Of a stretch of DNA of 64,000 bases, positions 54,189 to 63,106 are shown in pieces. The position numbers and the translations under genes are program-made. Below the pieces are notes generated by a model. It searched no databases. It was given only the letters and a program-made list of their open reading frames with translations, and was not told where the DNA came from. Source of the DNA: an uncultured Victivallales bacterium (GTDB lineage: Bacteria > Verrucomicrobiota > Kiritimatiellia > UBA8416 > JABMPJ01); assembly GCA_964345005.1 (NCBI GenBank), contig CAYFPQ010000003.1:1479-65478 (forward strand), written 5' to 3'. The stretch's first letter is position 1. Each line of letters starts with the position of its first letter.

Positions 54189-54236
54189 CGTCATTCTGGA
54201 TAATCGTTTGACAAAATGCATGTCATTCTGTCAAAC
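54189..54236. promoter_or_regulatory. Inverted repeat GTTTGACA-n15-TGTCAAAC with direct repeat GTCATTCTG x2, 20 nt upstream of the ATPase gene
   Basis: cgtcattctggataatcGTTTGACAaaatgcatgtcattcTGTCAAAC. Contains a TTGACA hexamer. Confidence 0.4.
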
Positions 54237-54256
54237 AGTTAGCCAAGGAGAGCGTA

Positions 54257-55450
54257 ATGGATATTCATCGCCTGATCGAGCTGCACGAATTGGCCAAGAA
54301 AGAGGCAGAGGCCTATCCCAAGAGACGTTTTCTTTATCCCTCACTTTCGCAAAGCGAAGGAAAGCACTTCACAGGAATTGTGGGTCCACGCGGGGCAGGC
54401 AAGACGGTACTACTTCGGCAATACGCCTTGGAGCATCCGGATGCTTTCTATCTTTCCGCCGATGTTCTGACGACCGAGGATGATGCCTGGGATCTCATTC
54501 AGAAGCTTAGAGAGAACTTTGGTTTCTCGTCCTTTCTCCTCGATGAGATTCACTTTCTGCCAGACGCAACCGGATTGCTTAAGAAGCTGTATGATTTTCT
54601 GGGGGTGAAGTTGCTCTTTTCGAGTTCCGTCGCTCTGGCCATGCACGCATCTGCACACGATCTGTCACGGCGCGTACGCCTGCTGAATCTTCACACGTTC
54701 TCGTTTCGCGAGTATCTCGCTTTGGTGCACGACCTCGATCTGCCACGCCTGGATCTGCAAGCCATCACCCAGCGAGCATGGGACGCCGAGCACCTACGTG
54801 CAGGACGGTTCTTCGACGATTACCTCTCCTGCGGCCAACTCCCTTTCGCCATCGATGAGGATGATCCCCTGCCCCTCTTGCAGAACATCCTCGACAAGGT
54901 CATCACCCGTGACATCCCCTCCGTGAAACGCCTGACACTGGACGAACTGGACCAGATCAGGCGCCTGTTGACATTCATCGGCCGGGCACAGGTCGACGGC
55001 ATCAACTACACATCCCTTTCACGCAACCTTGGCATCACCAAGTACAAAGCCCAACAATATGTGGATTGCCTGGAACAGGCATTCATCCTGCATCAGGTCT
55101 TTCCGGCCGGAACCAACGTGCTTCGCGAACCCAAAGTCCTGATGGCCCCGCCCTGCCGACTGCTCTACAAAGAACTACCGGAAGCCATCGGAGGGTTGCG
55201 GGAGGACTTCTTTGTCGAGATGATGGCTCAGGCGGCCATTCCTTTCCACTATCTGAAGAGCACGCGAGGGGCCAAGACCCCCGACTACCTTGTCGAAGGC
55301 CCGGATAAGCTGGTCATCGAGATTGGAGGGAAAGGTAAAGGGCGTGAGCAGTTCAAAGGTGTTCAAGCCGGCCAGAAGCTTATCCTCGCACACACGGACA
55401 TACCTGACGAGAAACGCATCCCCCTGTTCCTGCTTGGCTTCATCCCGTAG
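54257..55450 (+). CDS. AAA+ ATPase with DUF4143-type C-terminal domain (ATP-binding protein)
   Basis: Walker A GPRGAGKT, Walker B FLLDEIH, C-terminal region typical of the AAA_14/DUF4143 family. Confidence 0.65.
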   Translation: MDIHRLIELHELAKKEAEAYPKRRFLYPSLSQSEGKHFTGIVGPRGAGKTVLLRQYALEHPDAFYLSADVLTTEDDAWDLIQKLRENFGFSSFLLDEIHFLPDATGLLKKLYDFLGVKLLFSSSVALAMHASAHDLSRRVRLLNLHTFSFREYLALVHDLDLPRLDLQAITQRAWDAEHLRAGRFFDDYLSCGQLPFAIDEDDPLPLLQNILDKVITRDIPSVKRLTLDELDQIRRLLTFIGRAQVDGINYTSLSRNLGITKYKAQQYVDCLEQAFILHQVFPAGTNVLREPKVLMAPPCRLLYKELPEAIGGLREDFFVEMMAQAAIPFHYLKSTRGAKTPDYLVEGPDKLVIEIGGKGKGREQFKGVQAGQKLILAHTDIPDEKRIPLFLLGFIP

Positions 55451-55455
55451 CATGC

Positions 55456-55641
55456 TCACTTCCGCGCGTCCAGTGTCTCTACACCATCGTACGCCAGGAT
55501 CCGTTCGTCCGCGGTCACCAACGTCAACAGGTGCTCTCGCGCGGTGGCCACCAGAATACGATCAGCGGGGTCCTTGTGAAATGCGCCGGGCAGCGCGTAC
55601 GCCTCGGCCATGCCTGCGGCTTGGCAAGCTTCGCTCGGCAT
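55456..55641 (-). pseudogene. C-terminal fragment of a PIN-domain (VapC-like) toxin gene
   Basis: HKDPADRILVATAREHLLTLVTADERILAY matches the C-terminal PIN motif (DPFDRlLiAqA...LvTrD). No intact N-terminal half in any frame. Confidence 0.4.
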
Positions 55642-55812
55642 GACAACGTGTTGTTGCCAATAGGTTATGGTTGGCCTGGTAGCACAAAGATATCAGCTAC
55701 TAGGCCAATTTCGGCCTTGCTTGACTGGCCTGGTAGATGCATTCTTTACCTTACCGGGCGCGACAAGACGGCGATTCCGTATGGCTGATATCTGTAGTAA
55801 AGGGGTAATGAC

Positions 55813-57240
55813 ATGAGGTTCGTGGGCCGAACAGCAGAGATCGAGGCACTCAAGAGGTGGCGCGAGAACACTTCCGGCTCACAATTGACCGCCGTCTACG
55901 GCAGAAGACGCATCGGCAAGACACGCCTCGTGGAGGAGTCAGCGAAGGGATTCCGGTTTCTAAAGTTCGAAGGCCTGGAGGGTGAGGACGAGACCGCACA
56001 GAAACAGCACTTCCTTCACACGCTGTACGGCTACTCGGGGCAGAGAGAACATAAGCTGCTAAGCTCCGACAACTGGATTGACCTGTTCGCGCTTCTCTCG
56101 GACTTCCTGGCCGACAAACCGGCCATCGTTCTCTTCGATGAACTGCAATGGATGGCCGCCGAGAAGCCGGAACTGGTCAGTCGTTTGAAATTCGCTTGGG
56201 ACAACCACTTCCTCAAGAACAACCGTGTGCATCTCATTCTGTGTGGATCGGTATCTTCGTTTCTCGTGAAGCGCGTGATCAACTCAAAGGCGCTTTATGG
56301 TAGAATCGATCTCGTGCTCCACCTGCGCGCCATGTCCCTGAAGGAACTCGGACAGGCATTCATGAAAGGGCGCTCGATATATGAGCAGTTGGAATATTAC
56401 CTGGCCGTGGGAGGGATTCCAAAGTACTTCGAACTCTTTGATCCATCGCAGTCAACGCGCCTCAACCTTCATCGACTCTGCTTCACAAGAGATGCGTTCT
56501 TCTTCAACGAACTTAACCGTCTCTTCGTAAGCCATTTCGGCAAATCGCCTCATTACCGCGAGGTCGTCCGGGCGCTTGCCGATAACCCCCACCTGAGTCG
56601 CCCGGCACTTATCAAGCAAGCGAACCTGCCCGAGGGCGGCAGCGCCACAAGAATTCTGGAGGAACTGGATCTTGCCGACCTTATCGAGCCCTATGGCCCG
56701 GTGGGGAACAGCGAATCGAAAATGCTTAAGCGGTACAGGGTGTCCGATTACTTTCTGCGGTTCTACTACACATTCATCTTCCCCATTCGGAACCAGGCCG
56801 GCCCCTCCCCCTTGCCGCCGCATCAGTCACTGCCGGATGCCCGGTTTGCAATCTGGAGGGGCTTAGCCTTCGAGCATTTCTGCCGCCAGAACGCACATGC
56901 ATTGGCAACCGTGCTTGGGTTCTCTGCTGTTCGCTACGAGGCGGGACCATGGTTTGGACGCAAGGACATGAGCAGCGGCACGCAAGTCGACCTCTTGTTC
57001 CGCCGCGCCGACAACGTCCTTACGCTGTGCGAGGTTAAGCACAGGAAGTCCGTAGGGCTCGATATCGTGTCACAGGTCGAGCAGAAAGCCGAGATACTCC
57101 TGAACAGCCCTCTGAACCACGGCAAAGGGTTCACGGTCGAAAAGGTTCTCGTCTCCGTTCATCCACCGGCTGAAAGCGTCGTCAAAGCGGGCTACTTCTC
57201 GAGGATCATCTGCCTGGACGAGCTGTTGCCACACACATGA
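55813..57240 (+). CDS. Archaeal-type ATPase (Arch_ATPase/DUF234 family ATP-binding protein)
   Basis: FVGRTAEIEALKRW, Walker A GRRRIGKT, FDELQWM, C-terminal DUF234-like region. Confidence 0.65.
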   Translation: MRFVGRTAEIEALKRWRENTSGSQLTAVYGRRRIGKTRLVEESAKGFRFLKFEGLEGEDETAQKQHFLHTLYGYSGQREHKLLSSDNWIDLFALLSDFLADKPAIVLFDELQWMAAEKPELVSRLKFAWDNHFLKNNRVHLILCGSVSSFLVKRVINSKALYGRIDLVLHLRAMSLKELGQAFMKGRSIYEQLEYYLAVGGIPKYFELFDPSQSTRLNLHRLCFTRDAFFFNELNRLFVSHFGKSPHYREVVRALADNPHLSRPALIKQANLPEGGSATRILEELDLADLIEPYGPVGNSESKMLKRYRVSDYFLRFYYTFIFPIRNQAGPSPLPPHQSLPDARFAIWRGLAFEHFCRQNAHALATVLGFSAVRYEAGPWFGRKDMSSGTQVDLLFRRADNVLTLCEVKHRKSVGLDIVSQVEQKAEILLNSPLNHGKGFTVEKVLVSVHPPAESVVKAGYFSRIICLDELLPHT

Positions 57241-57346
57241 GAAAGGACAAGAACAGCCGAGACTCTCTGCCGGCTGGTATCGATCTTCGCGTCTTTGCGC
57301 CTCCCACGCGATGCCGCATGGCTGTCGTGCGCGAGATTGCCCTGCC

Positions 57347-59755
57347 CTACTTCTCCAGCCAGGTAAACCAGCGGATGAAGCTGCGGTGCTGGCCGCTGGC
57401 AGTAGGAAGAGGATCACGCCACACAATCGCCAACGCACGCTGCTCGACGGCAATCTTGCTCTTGCCGGCAAGCAGGATCGCAAACAGATTCTGCCGAGTG
57501 TGGAGCAATCCGCAGGAGTTTCGGATAAACGATTCTTTGCGAACCTCATCCTCATTCGCCAAGTTCAGAATTGTTGACGCGAACACGCTGCTGATAATAT
57601 CACGCCGCCCCATATCTGAGAGCGACAAACACTGGTTCGTCTCCGTAACAGTCTGTATAGCGTTAGCAAGATCTTGAGCGTCAGGCCAACTCAGCGAGGC
57701 TCCTGGAAAACTGTCACCAGGGTAGTCATTCTTGCGCATGCCATTGAAGACGGCACTCAGAGGCTCCAAGTTCTGCGTGTTCAGGTTGACCAACCCATGA
57801 CGAACAGAGGCGTTCGTTATGGCAAAGTAGTCCAAGACCCGATCCCAACGTGTTCCGTCTCCTCTGTCGTAAAGACGAATAGTCCGCCAAAGCCAAGGCG
57901 CTCTATCCATCCTCATACCTTGGGAAGAATAGATCAAATTGAACAGCGTCGAATTTGCATATGCACCCCCGGGGAAATAGAGATAACCCAATTCGCCAAC
58001 AGAACCGACACCTCCATTACGCACGTGCAACGACAGGTTCGTGTCCACCAGAAATCCATTCTTGCTAAAGAAGTTGGTTGTTGCGCTATTGATACTGCCC
58101 ATTGAAGACGACCAAGGATAGAGCGCTGTTTCTTTCCAGTGGACTTGGTCCCAGTTATAGACCGGATCAATCACGTCAGCACCCACTTCGTTCGCGAAAG
58201 GAGTCGCTGCTGTCAGGTTGACAACGCTAACAGGCAGTGTAATCGCGGGGATTCTGTCAACAACATTGCCATCGCGATCTTCCATATATGCATTTACCAC
58301 TACCTCGAACTGGAAGTTCGTAGTATTGGGGACAGTAGCAATTCCGCTAGGCTGCAGAATGCTGCCGCCAACTTTCGCATAAGCGTCTGCTGGCGACGGA
58401 GAGACGGGACCTTTACTGTTCACTATGTTCGGAGATGAGAAGAGACCCGGCGGACAGTCTATTCCCTCCACATAGTCTACCGTGTATTGCATAGTGAAAG
58501 GGGCATGCGGAGGTGAATCTGCAAATGGATAAGCGTACTCCACCGTAACCCAAGACTTGCCCCCGATAATATCCGTTGCATTGGCTTGGAAACTGTTCGT
58601 AAGAGTTATCTCCGAGATCATCGGAACTGCTTCCACATACGGACCGGAAGTAATCCCCGAGGGGTTCAGAAAGCTCCCGGGCACTGAGTCACCATCCACG
58701 TAGTCGTAGAGATTAACAAATAGTGCATCAACAGCTGCATTCTGCAAGCTGCCGTCCGTTGGGTAGTACTGGCGCACAGTCTGACGCAGGGAATCCTGAA
58801 TCTCCGTTTCATTCTTCTCCAGATTTGTCGTGTCACCGCTGATATCAGCCGGTTCGATATTCGTGAATGCTGCCGGGTATCGCGAATAAGCGCAGAAATT
58901 CCTCGGGTCACCGTCCAACCCACTATTTCCAAACACAAAGTCGGATGTTCGCTCATACGGCGCATTGTTCTTGCGATGCGTTGCCAGGTTTCCCTCGCTG
59001 GCAATATCGGACAGATTTGCCAGCTGCATTTCTCCAGGATCGGTGCCCACAGAACGGGCAACATTGTCCACGTAGTTGGCATCCAACAGCCCGGACAAGT
59101 TTAGGACCAAATACGCAAACTTGCCTCCGCCCTCGACCTCCCGCCACTGGGGGAGAGCCATCCTGTAGAGATGATTTGTACTCCAATCGTCGGATATCTC
59201 GGTGTTCAGCCACCATCTTCCCTTAATCGAATCTATTCTTCCCCTTACATTGTTGCGATCGCCATTTGGAAGCACTATGCGCTCTACCCAGAATCGGTCC
59301 ACACCTAGACCCAGTTGCTCGTCATTACTCCACGTGGCGTTGTCATCTTTGATCGAATCCTTGCTGGCATTCACTGCGTGGACCTGCCCGGGTGATGCGA
59401 GCTTACTGGACAAGTCAAAGATAGGCTTGGGAATCAGCTCTGTTGCATCACCCGTGTATAGATCGACCGACTTCACGAAGTCCGGGCCAAAATTATAGTT
59501 CGTCGGCCAATCCGGATAGTGAGGTGTATCCCATTCTTCCAGATCCTCCTCGATGTCGTCCATCGCCCTCGCCAGGGCGGTGTAAACGAGGTGGCGGGCT
59601 TTCATGACTTCCATGTAGTTTCCCGCGGCAACGCGTTCGGTGCGCATGGTGATAACAAACGCCACGCCCAAGACCATCATCACCGACAACATCCCCAGCA
59701 CAATAATCAGCGCTATCCCCTGCCGCCGCTCACTCTTCTCCGCCATTGTCATCAA
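57347..59755 (-). CDS. Large GspK/PilX-like minor pseudopilin (802 aa)
   Basis: N-terminus RRQGIALIIVLGMLSVMMVLGVAFVITM resembles GspK (QRGVALLIVL). Last gene of the pseudopilin operon. Confidence 0.55.
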   Translation of the reverse strand: MMTMAEKSERRQGIALIIVLGMLSVMMVLGVAFVITMRTERVAAGNYMEVMKARHLVYTALARAMDDIEEDLEEWDTPHYPDWPTNYNFGPDFVKSVDLYTGDATELIPKPIFDLSSKLASPGQVHAVNASKDSIKDDNATWSNDEQLGLGVDRFWVERIVLPNGDRNNVRGRIDSIKGRWWLNTEISDDWSTNHLYRMALPQWREVEGGGKFAYLVLNLSGLLDANYVDNVARSVGTDPGEMQLANLSDIASEGNLATHRKNNAPYERTSDFVFGNSGLDGDPRNFCAYSRYPAAFTNIEPADISGDTTNLEKNETEIQDSLRQTVRQYYPTDGSLQNAAVDALFVNLYDYVDGDSVPGSFLNPSGITSGPYVEAVPMISEITLTNSFQANATDIIGGKSWVTVEYAYPFADSPPHAPFTMQYTVDYVEGIDCPPGLFSSPNIVNSKGPVSPSPADAYAKVGGSILQPSGIATVPNTTNFQFEVVVNAYMEDRDGNVVDRIPAITLPVSVVNLTAATPFANEVGADVIDPVYNWDQVHWKETALYPWSSSMGSINSATTNFFSKNGFLVDTNLSLHVRNGGVGSVGELGYLYFPGGAYANSTLFNLIYSSQGMRMDRAPWLWRTIRLYDRGDGTRWDRVLDYFAITNASVRHGLVNLNTQNLEPLSAVFNGMRKNDYPGDSFPGASLSWPDAQDLANAIQTVTETNQCLSLSDMGRRDIISSVFASTILNLANEDEVRKESFIRNSCGLLHTRQNLFAILLAGKSKIAVEQRALAIVWRDPLPTASGQHRSFIRWFTWLEK

Positions 59756-59967
59756 CTGCCTTCCCCGTCATCTCTCGTCAAGCGATCGATATCCAAGTCC
59801 TTCGTGTACCGCGGCTCCGCGTAGTAGATCACCGCATGTGCACCAGCCACCAGGTACTCAACTTGCTCTTCGTTGAATACGCTGAACAGATCTTTGAAGT
59901 CTTGATTCGCCGGCATCTTTCCCCCTGAACAACTCTGCCTCGAGCACCATCTCCCATGCGGCCGCAA
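59752..59967 (-). pseudogene. N-terminal fragment of a nucleotidyltransferase (MNT/DUF6036-like) gene lodged between the gspJ-like and gspK-like genes
   Basis: DFKDLFSVFNEEQVEYLVAGAHAVIYYAEPRYTKDLDI matches the family N-terminus (F.DLL..FN...VEYLVVGGYAV..HG.PR.TKDLDL). It ends after 54 aa. Confidence 0.35.
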
Positions 59968-60130
59968 AACGACCCTCTGGACCTACAGAACGCCAGAACG
60001 ACCGATCGAAATTTCCGTCATCATCGTCCAGCTTGACCAATTGTGCAGAAATCACTCTGGCCATTCTGCCTGCTCCTGACGCTCTTTGGCGTTCCATGCG
60101 ATCCTTCGCGGCTGCAACGCTCCTCCCAGC

Positions 60131-60634
60131 TCAATCATACCGATACCGGTTCCGATTCCACAAGAACGCCCGGCCCGTATGCGCCCGATCCTCACTCCGC
60201 CCTTTGTCAACCGTCCTCACGACAATCTCAACCGTACCGTAACGCGGATAATTGCCCCCATCCGGGAAGTCTGGATTAGGCCCCGATGCACTCAAGACAG
60301 CCGTGTTGCCAAACAAATCAGCCATACTGAATGTCTTAGACTCAATAGGATCTGTACCTTTCAGAACATCAAACCCGCCGGGTCCCGGCACGCTTCCCAT
60401 AGCTGGATCACACAGCGCCATCGTGGTCTCGCGAACGAAATAGTCCGTCAACGCCCGCCCCACCAGCATGCTCTTAGACCGACGCGTGCCGCTGTCCCAC
60501 GCCGCCGCGCTGTGCGAGAAGAGGTTGGCCACCGTCACGACAATCACGCTCAACACCGCCATCGCCGTCAACAACTCAATGAGCGTAAAGCCCAGTCTTC
60601 TCGTCGTCGCTAGTTCCTTCACCGCTTCCTTCAC
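60131..60634 (-). CDS. Pseudopilin (GspJ/PilW-like) with prepilin-type N-terminal domain
   Basis: RRLGFTLIELLTAMAVLSVIVV. Confidence 0.6.
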   Translation of the reverse strand: MKEAVKELATTRRLGFTLIELLTAMAVLSVIVVTVANLFSHSAAAWDSGTRRSKSMLVGRALTDYFVRETTMALCDPAMGSVPGPGGFDVLKGTDPIESKTFSMADLFGNTAVLSASGPNPDFPDGGNYPRYGTVEIVVRTVDKGRSEDRAHTGRAFLWNRNRYRYD

Positions 60635-60684
60635 CTTTGCAGCATCCTCGCAGCCTACAGCCTAGACTGCTACATCCCTTCTCC

Positions 60685-61257
60685 TCACATCCCGAAATTG
60701 TACACATCCGCATAAAACACATTCGTGAACCCGCCCGCACGTCCATACGACACGCGCAGTTCCACGGAGGCACGACGATCGTCATCGTCAACACCCGCCT
60801 CGCAACGGTAACGCACATACTCCTCGTAGCCGGAATCTGCATTGGCGGGGTACTGGAGCGAGCCCGATCCGTTGAGACGTACATCGCCCGACAGATCAAT
60901 ATCGACTTCGTCATCAGGTCCTTCAAACAGTTCCAAGAATGTCGCTGTATTCGTCCTTACTGCCGCCTCCGCGTAAACCTGGTTGAACACCTCATCGGCG
61001 AACTGTGCACACCGCGTCTCGGCCGTGGCATCAATGCCGGCGCGCAACCCAGTGGGAAACAGGTGAAAGACAGCCAGCAATCCAAGCCCGACCACGACAA
61101 GCGCCAGTGTCACTTCGATGAGGCTGAAACCCGAACGAGGGAATCTCGCGCCGAGACGCAGAGACGTAGAGCCTAAATCAGCAGACGGAGAGACTTCTCT
61201 TCGCGCCTTTGCGCCTTTGCGCGATTCTCCTCCCCTATCATGTCCATCCATGTTCAT
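60685..61257 (-). CDS. Pseudopilin (GspI-like)
   Basis: SGFSLIEVTLALVVVGLGLLAV. Start taken at the internal ATG, given the gspH stop at 61265. Confidence 0.55.
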   Translation of the reverse strand: MNMDGHDRGGESRKGAKARREVSPSADLGSTSLRLGARFPRSGFSLIEVTLALVVVGLGLLAVFHLFPTGLRAGIDATAETRCAQFADEVFNQVYAEAAVRTNTATFLELFEGPDDEVDIDLSGDVRLNGSGSLQYPANADSGYEEYVRYRCEAGVDDDDRRASVELRVSYGRAGGFTNVFYADVYNFGM

Positions 61258-61264
61258 ACTCTTC

Positions 61265-61753
61265 CTAATCGTAATCGCCCCCAACCCTCGTCAAACCAGT
61301 CAGCGGATACACAGTCAATGTCGCCGAAGAGGACGGCGTAACCCCCGTTTCCTCCAGTCTGATGTCCCGGGATCCCGTACTGCCCGTGCTGCCGGCCGGA
61401 TGAAACTCCATGAACTTGCCTGTCGGCGATACCTCGACTCCCTGCGGCAGATACTTGGTCTCCCCCACCTGGTAGCCAACCGTAGTATTGGTTGCGAAAT
61501 AGTAGTAGAGACCGCTGGAGCTATCCTCCTCTATGTGCAACTCAATCACCTGCCCCTTCAGGATCGCCTCCTGCCGGACCAACCCTATCGCGCTACGCAT
61601 TGTGTTGATGGCGCCGCGCATCCTGGCGCCGCGTCCCAAGCCGAAGTAGGCTGCCGTCGTGGCTCCCATGAGGAGTGCCATGATGGCCACCACCGTCAAC
61701 AATTCCAACAACGTGAAGCCGTGCCTGGATAACCCTGACCGGACATCAGTCAT
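61265..61753 (-). CDS. Pseudopilin (GspH-like)
   Basis: HGFTLLELLTVVAIMALLMG. Internal ATG at 61753, 8-nt overlap with gspG. Confidence 0.6.
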   Translation of the reverse strand: MTDVRSGLSRHGFTLLELLTVVAIMALLMGATTAAYFGLGRGARMRGAINTMRSAIGLVRQEAILKGQVIELHIEEDSSSGLYYYFATNTTVGYQVGETKYLPQGVEVSPTGKFMEFHPAGSTGSTGSRDIRLEETGVTPSSSATLTVYPLTGLTRVGGDYD

Positions 61754-62234
61754 AGACACGCTCTTCCCTGTAGTCGATAAACGACACCTGCGCCCCCTCC
61801 TGCAATACGGTCGCATCCGCGGATGGATAGCGCGTATCCACAACCACTCGAAACGGCTCAAAACCGTCTGCCCAGTTCACTCCGTAGGCACCGCTCCCGT
61901 CCGAAGCCCGGCTGAGTCCCTCCATCTCCAGGAAGACAATTCTTCGGGGATTATCCGAATGCTGAGAGGAGAGCCGGTCAATGATATCTGCATTGTCCGT
62001 CTCGTTCGTGTAGCGCCCCGGCGTGTTGATATACGAACTCGGGACCGGAAACTCTCCATACTCCAGGTAGTAGGCTTTGATCCCGTTCACGATGGCCGCC
62101 GCCTGGCTCTGGGCCTTCACCGCCTTGCCCCGCAGGCGAATCCGCCCGAATGCCGGCAGAATAATAGCCGCCAGAATTCCGATGATGAGAATCACCACCA
62201 TCAACTCAATCAACGTAAACCCACGTCGCTTCAT
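61746..62234 (-). CDS. gspG: Major pseudopilin / type II secretion system protein G-like
   Basis: MKRRGFTLIELMVVILIIGILAAIILPAF, the classic GspG/PulG N-terminus. ATG at 62234. Confidence 0.8.
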   Translation of the reverse strand: MKRRGFTLIELMVVILIIGILAAIILPAFGRIRLRGKAVKAQSQAAAIVNGIKAYYLEYGEFPVPSSYINTPGRYTNETDNADIIDRLSSQHSDNPRRIVFLEMEGLSRASDGSGAYGVNWADGFEPFRVVVDTRYPSADATVLQEGAQVSFIDYREERVYD

Positions 62235-62440
62235 CACTCTCTCCCTCTCCGTCGAAATACCCAATGACGAAACACCCAAGTACCCAAGGAAACCCGAAAT
62301 CCAAAACCCGAAATGGTGCACATCAACATGTCTTCGTCATTGGGATATTCGTCATTCGTCATTTGGCGAAAGTCGTTTACTCATACAATTCCTGATCAAG
62401 AAGCCAACCTCTAACCATCGGCGGAGGTCGCGGGGAGGGG

Positions 62441-62525
62441 TACTCGCTCCTTAGCGGTTCGGTATTCCGAACCGGTCGGGCGAGAGCCCCTCCCCACGAC
62501 CGGAGCTTCCCTCGGCCGAAGCGCT
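62441..62525. repeat. Structured intergenic repeat, family A copy 2
   Basis: ccttagCGGTTCGGtattCCGAACCGgtc identical to copy 1. Outer stem GTCGCGGGGAGGGG/CCCCTCCCCACGAC differs from copy 1 but still pairs. Confidence 0.6.
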
Positions 62526-62528
62526 ATG

Positions 62529-63050
62529 CTATTCCCAGGATGTGATGTTGTCCTCGTCCAATCCGCTCACGCCATCGCGTCCCCATGACCACACCGCCAC
62601 GGAACGCAACACGTTCGAACCACCGAAAACTGTAACCTCGCCATTCCCATCATCGTCCAGTCTAACCTGGTAGACACCGCCCCACTTGTCCTTGAACCCG
62701 TTCGCCAGCGTATCGTCATCGAACTCCATGTATCGAAACTCGCGAGTGTTCGGAGCGCTGTCGCCGTGCAGAATCCCAACAGCGCCCGCATCCATCTCGC
62801 TAACGCCGCTTGGCAATTCGCGGTAGTCCTGGTAATACGCGGTCCATGCCGTCTCGATCTGCTTAACCTCGCTACGCACGCGTGCCTTATGCGCCGCATA
62901 ACGCGCCCCACTCAACGCCGGCATCAGCAATCCCATCAACAGCCCCAGCACAGCGATGACCACCAACAACTCCATCAACGTAAACCCCTGCACTCTCTTC
63001 ACGGCCAAGTCCCTCTCTGCGCCTTTGCGCCTCTGCGCGATCTCTCCCAC
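62529..63050 (-). CDS. GspG-like pseudopilin paralog
   Basis: QGFTLMELLVVIAVLGLLMGLLMPAL. Confidence 0.75.
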   Translation of the reverse strand: MGEIAQRRKGAERDLAVKRVQGFTLMELLVVIAVLGLLMGLLMPALSGARYAAHKARVRSEVKQIETAWTAYYQDYRELPSGVSEMDAGAVGILHGDSAPNTREFRYMEFDDDTLANGFKDKWGGVYQVRLDDDGNGEVTVFGGSNVLRSVAVWSWGRDGVSGLDEDNITSWE

Positions 63051-63106
63051 TTCGTACTTCGGCTGTTCGCCTGCCCACCCGTAGCCTTGGCGAAGGCGGG
63101 TACTTC

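Noticed and set aside
59858-60097. 79-aa minus-strand ORF upstream of the nucleotidyltransferase fragment, ending in RIQRRAS, considered as the frameshifted C-terminal half of the same gene
   Set aside because: Order is wrong (a C-terminal-like piece would precede the N-terminal piece) and similarity is too weak. Probably noise.
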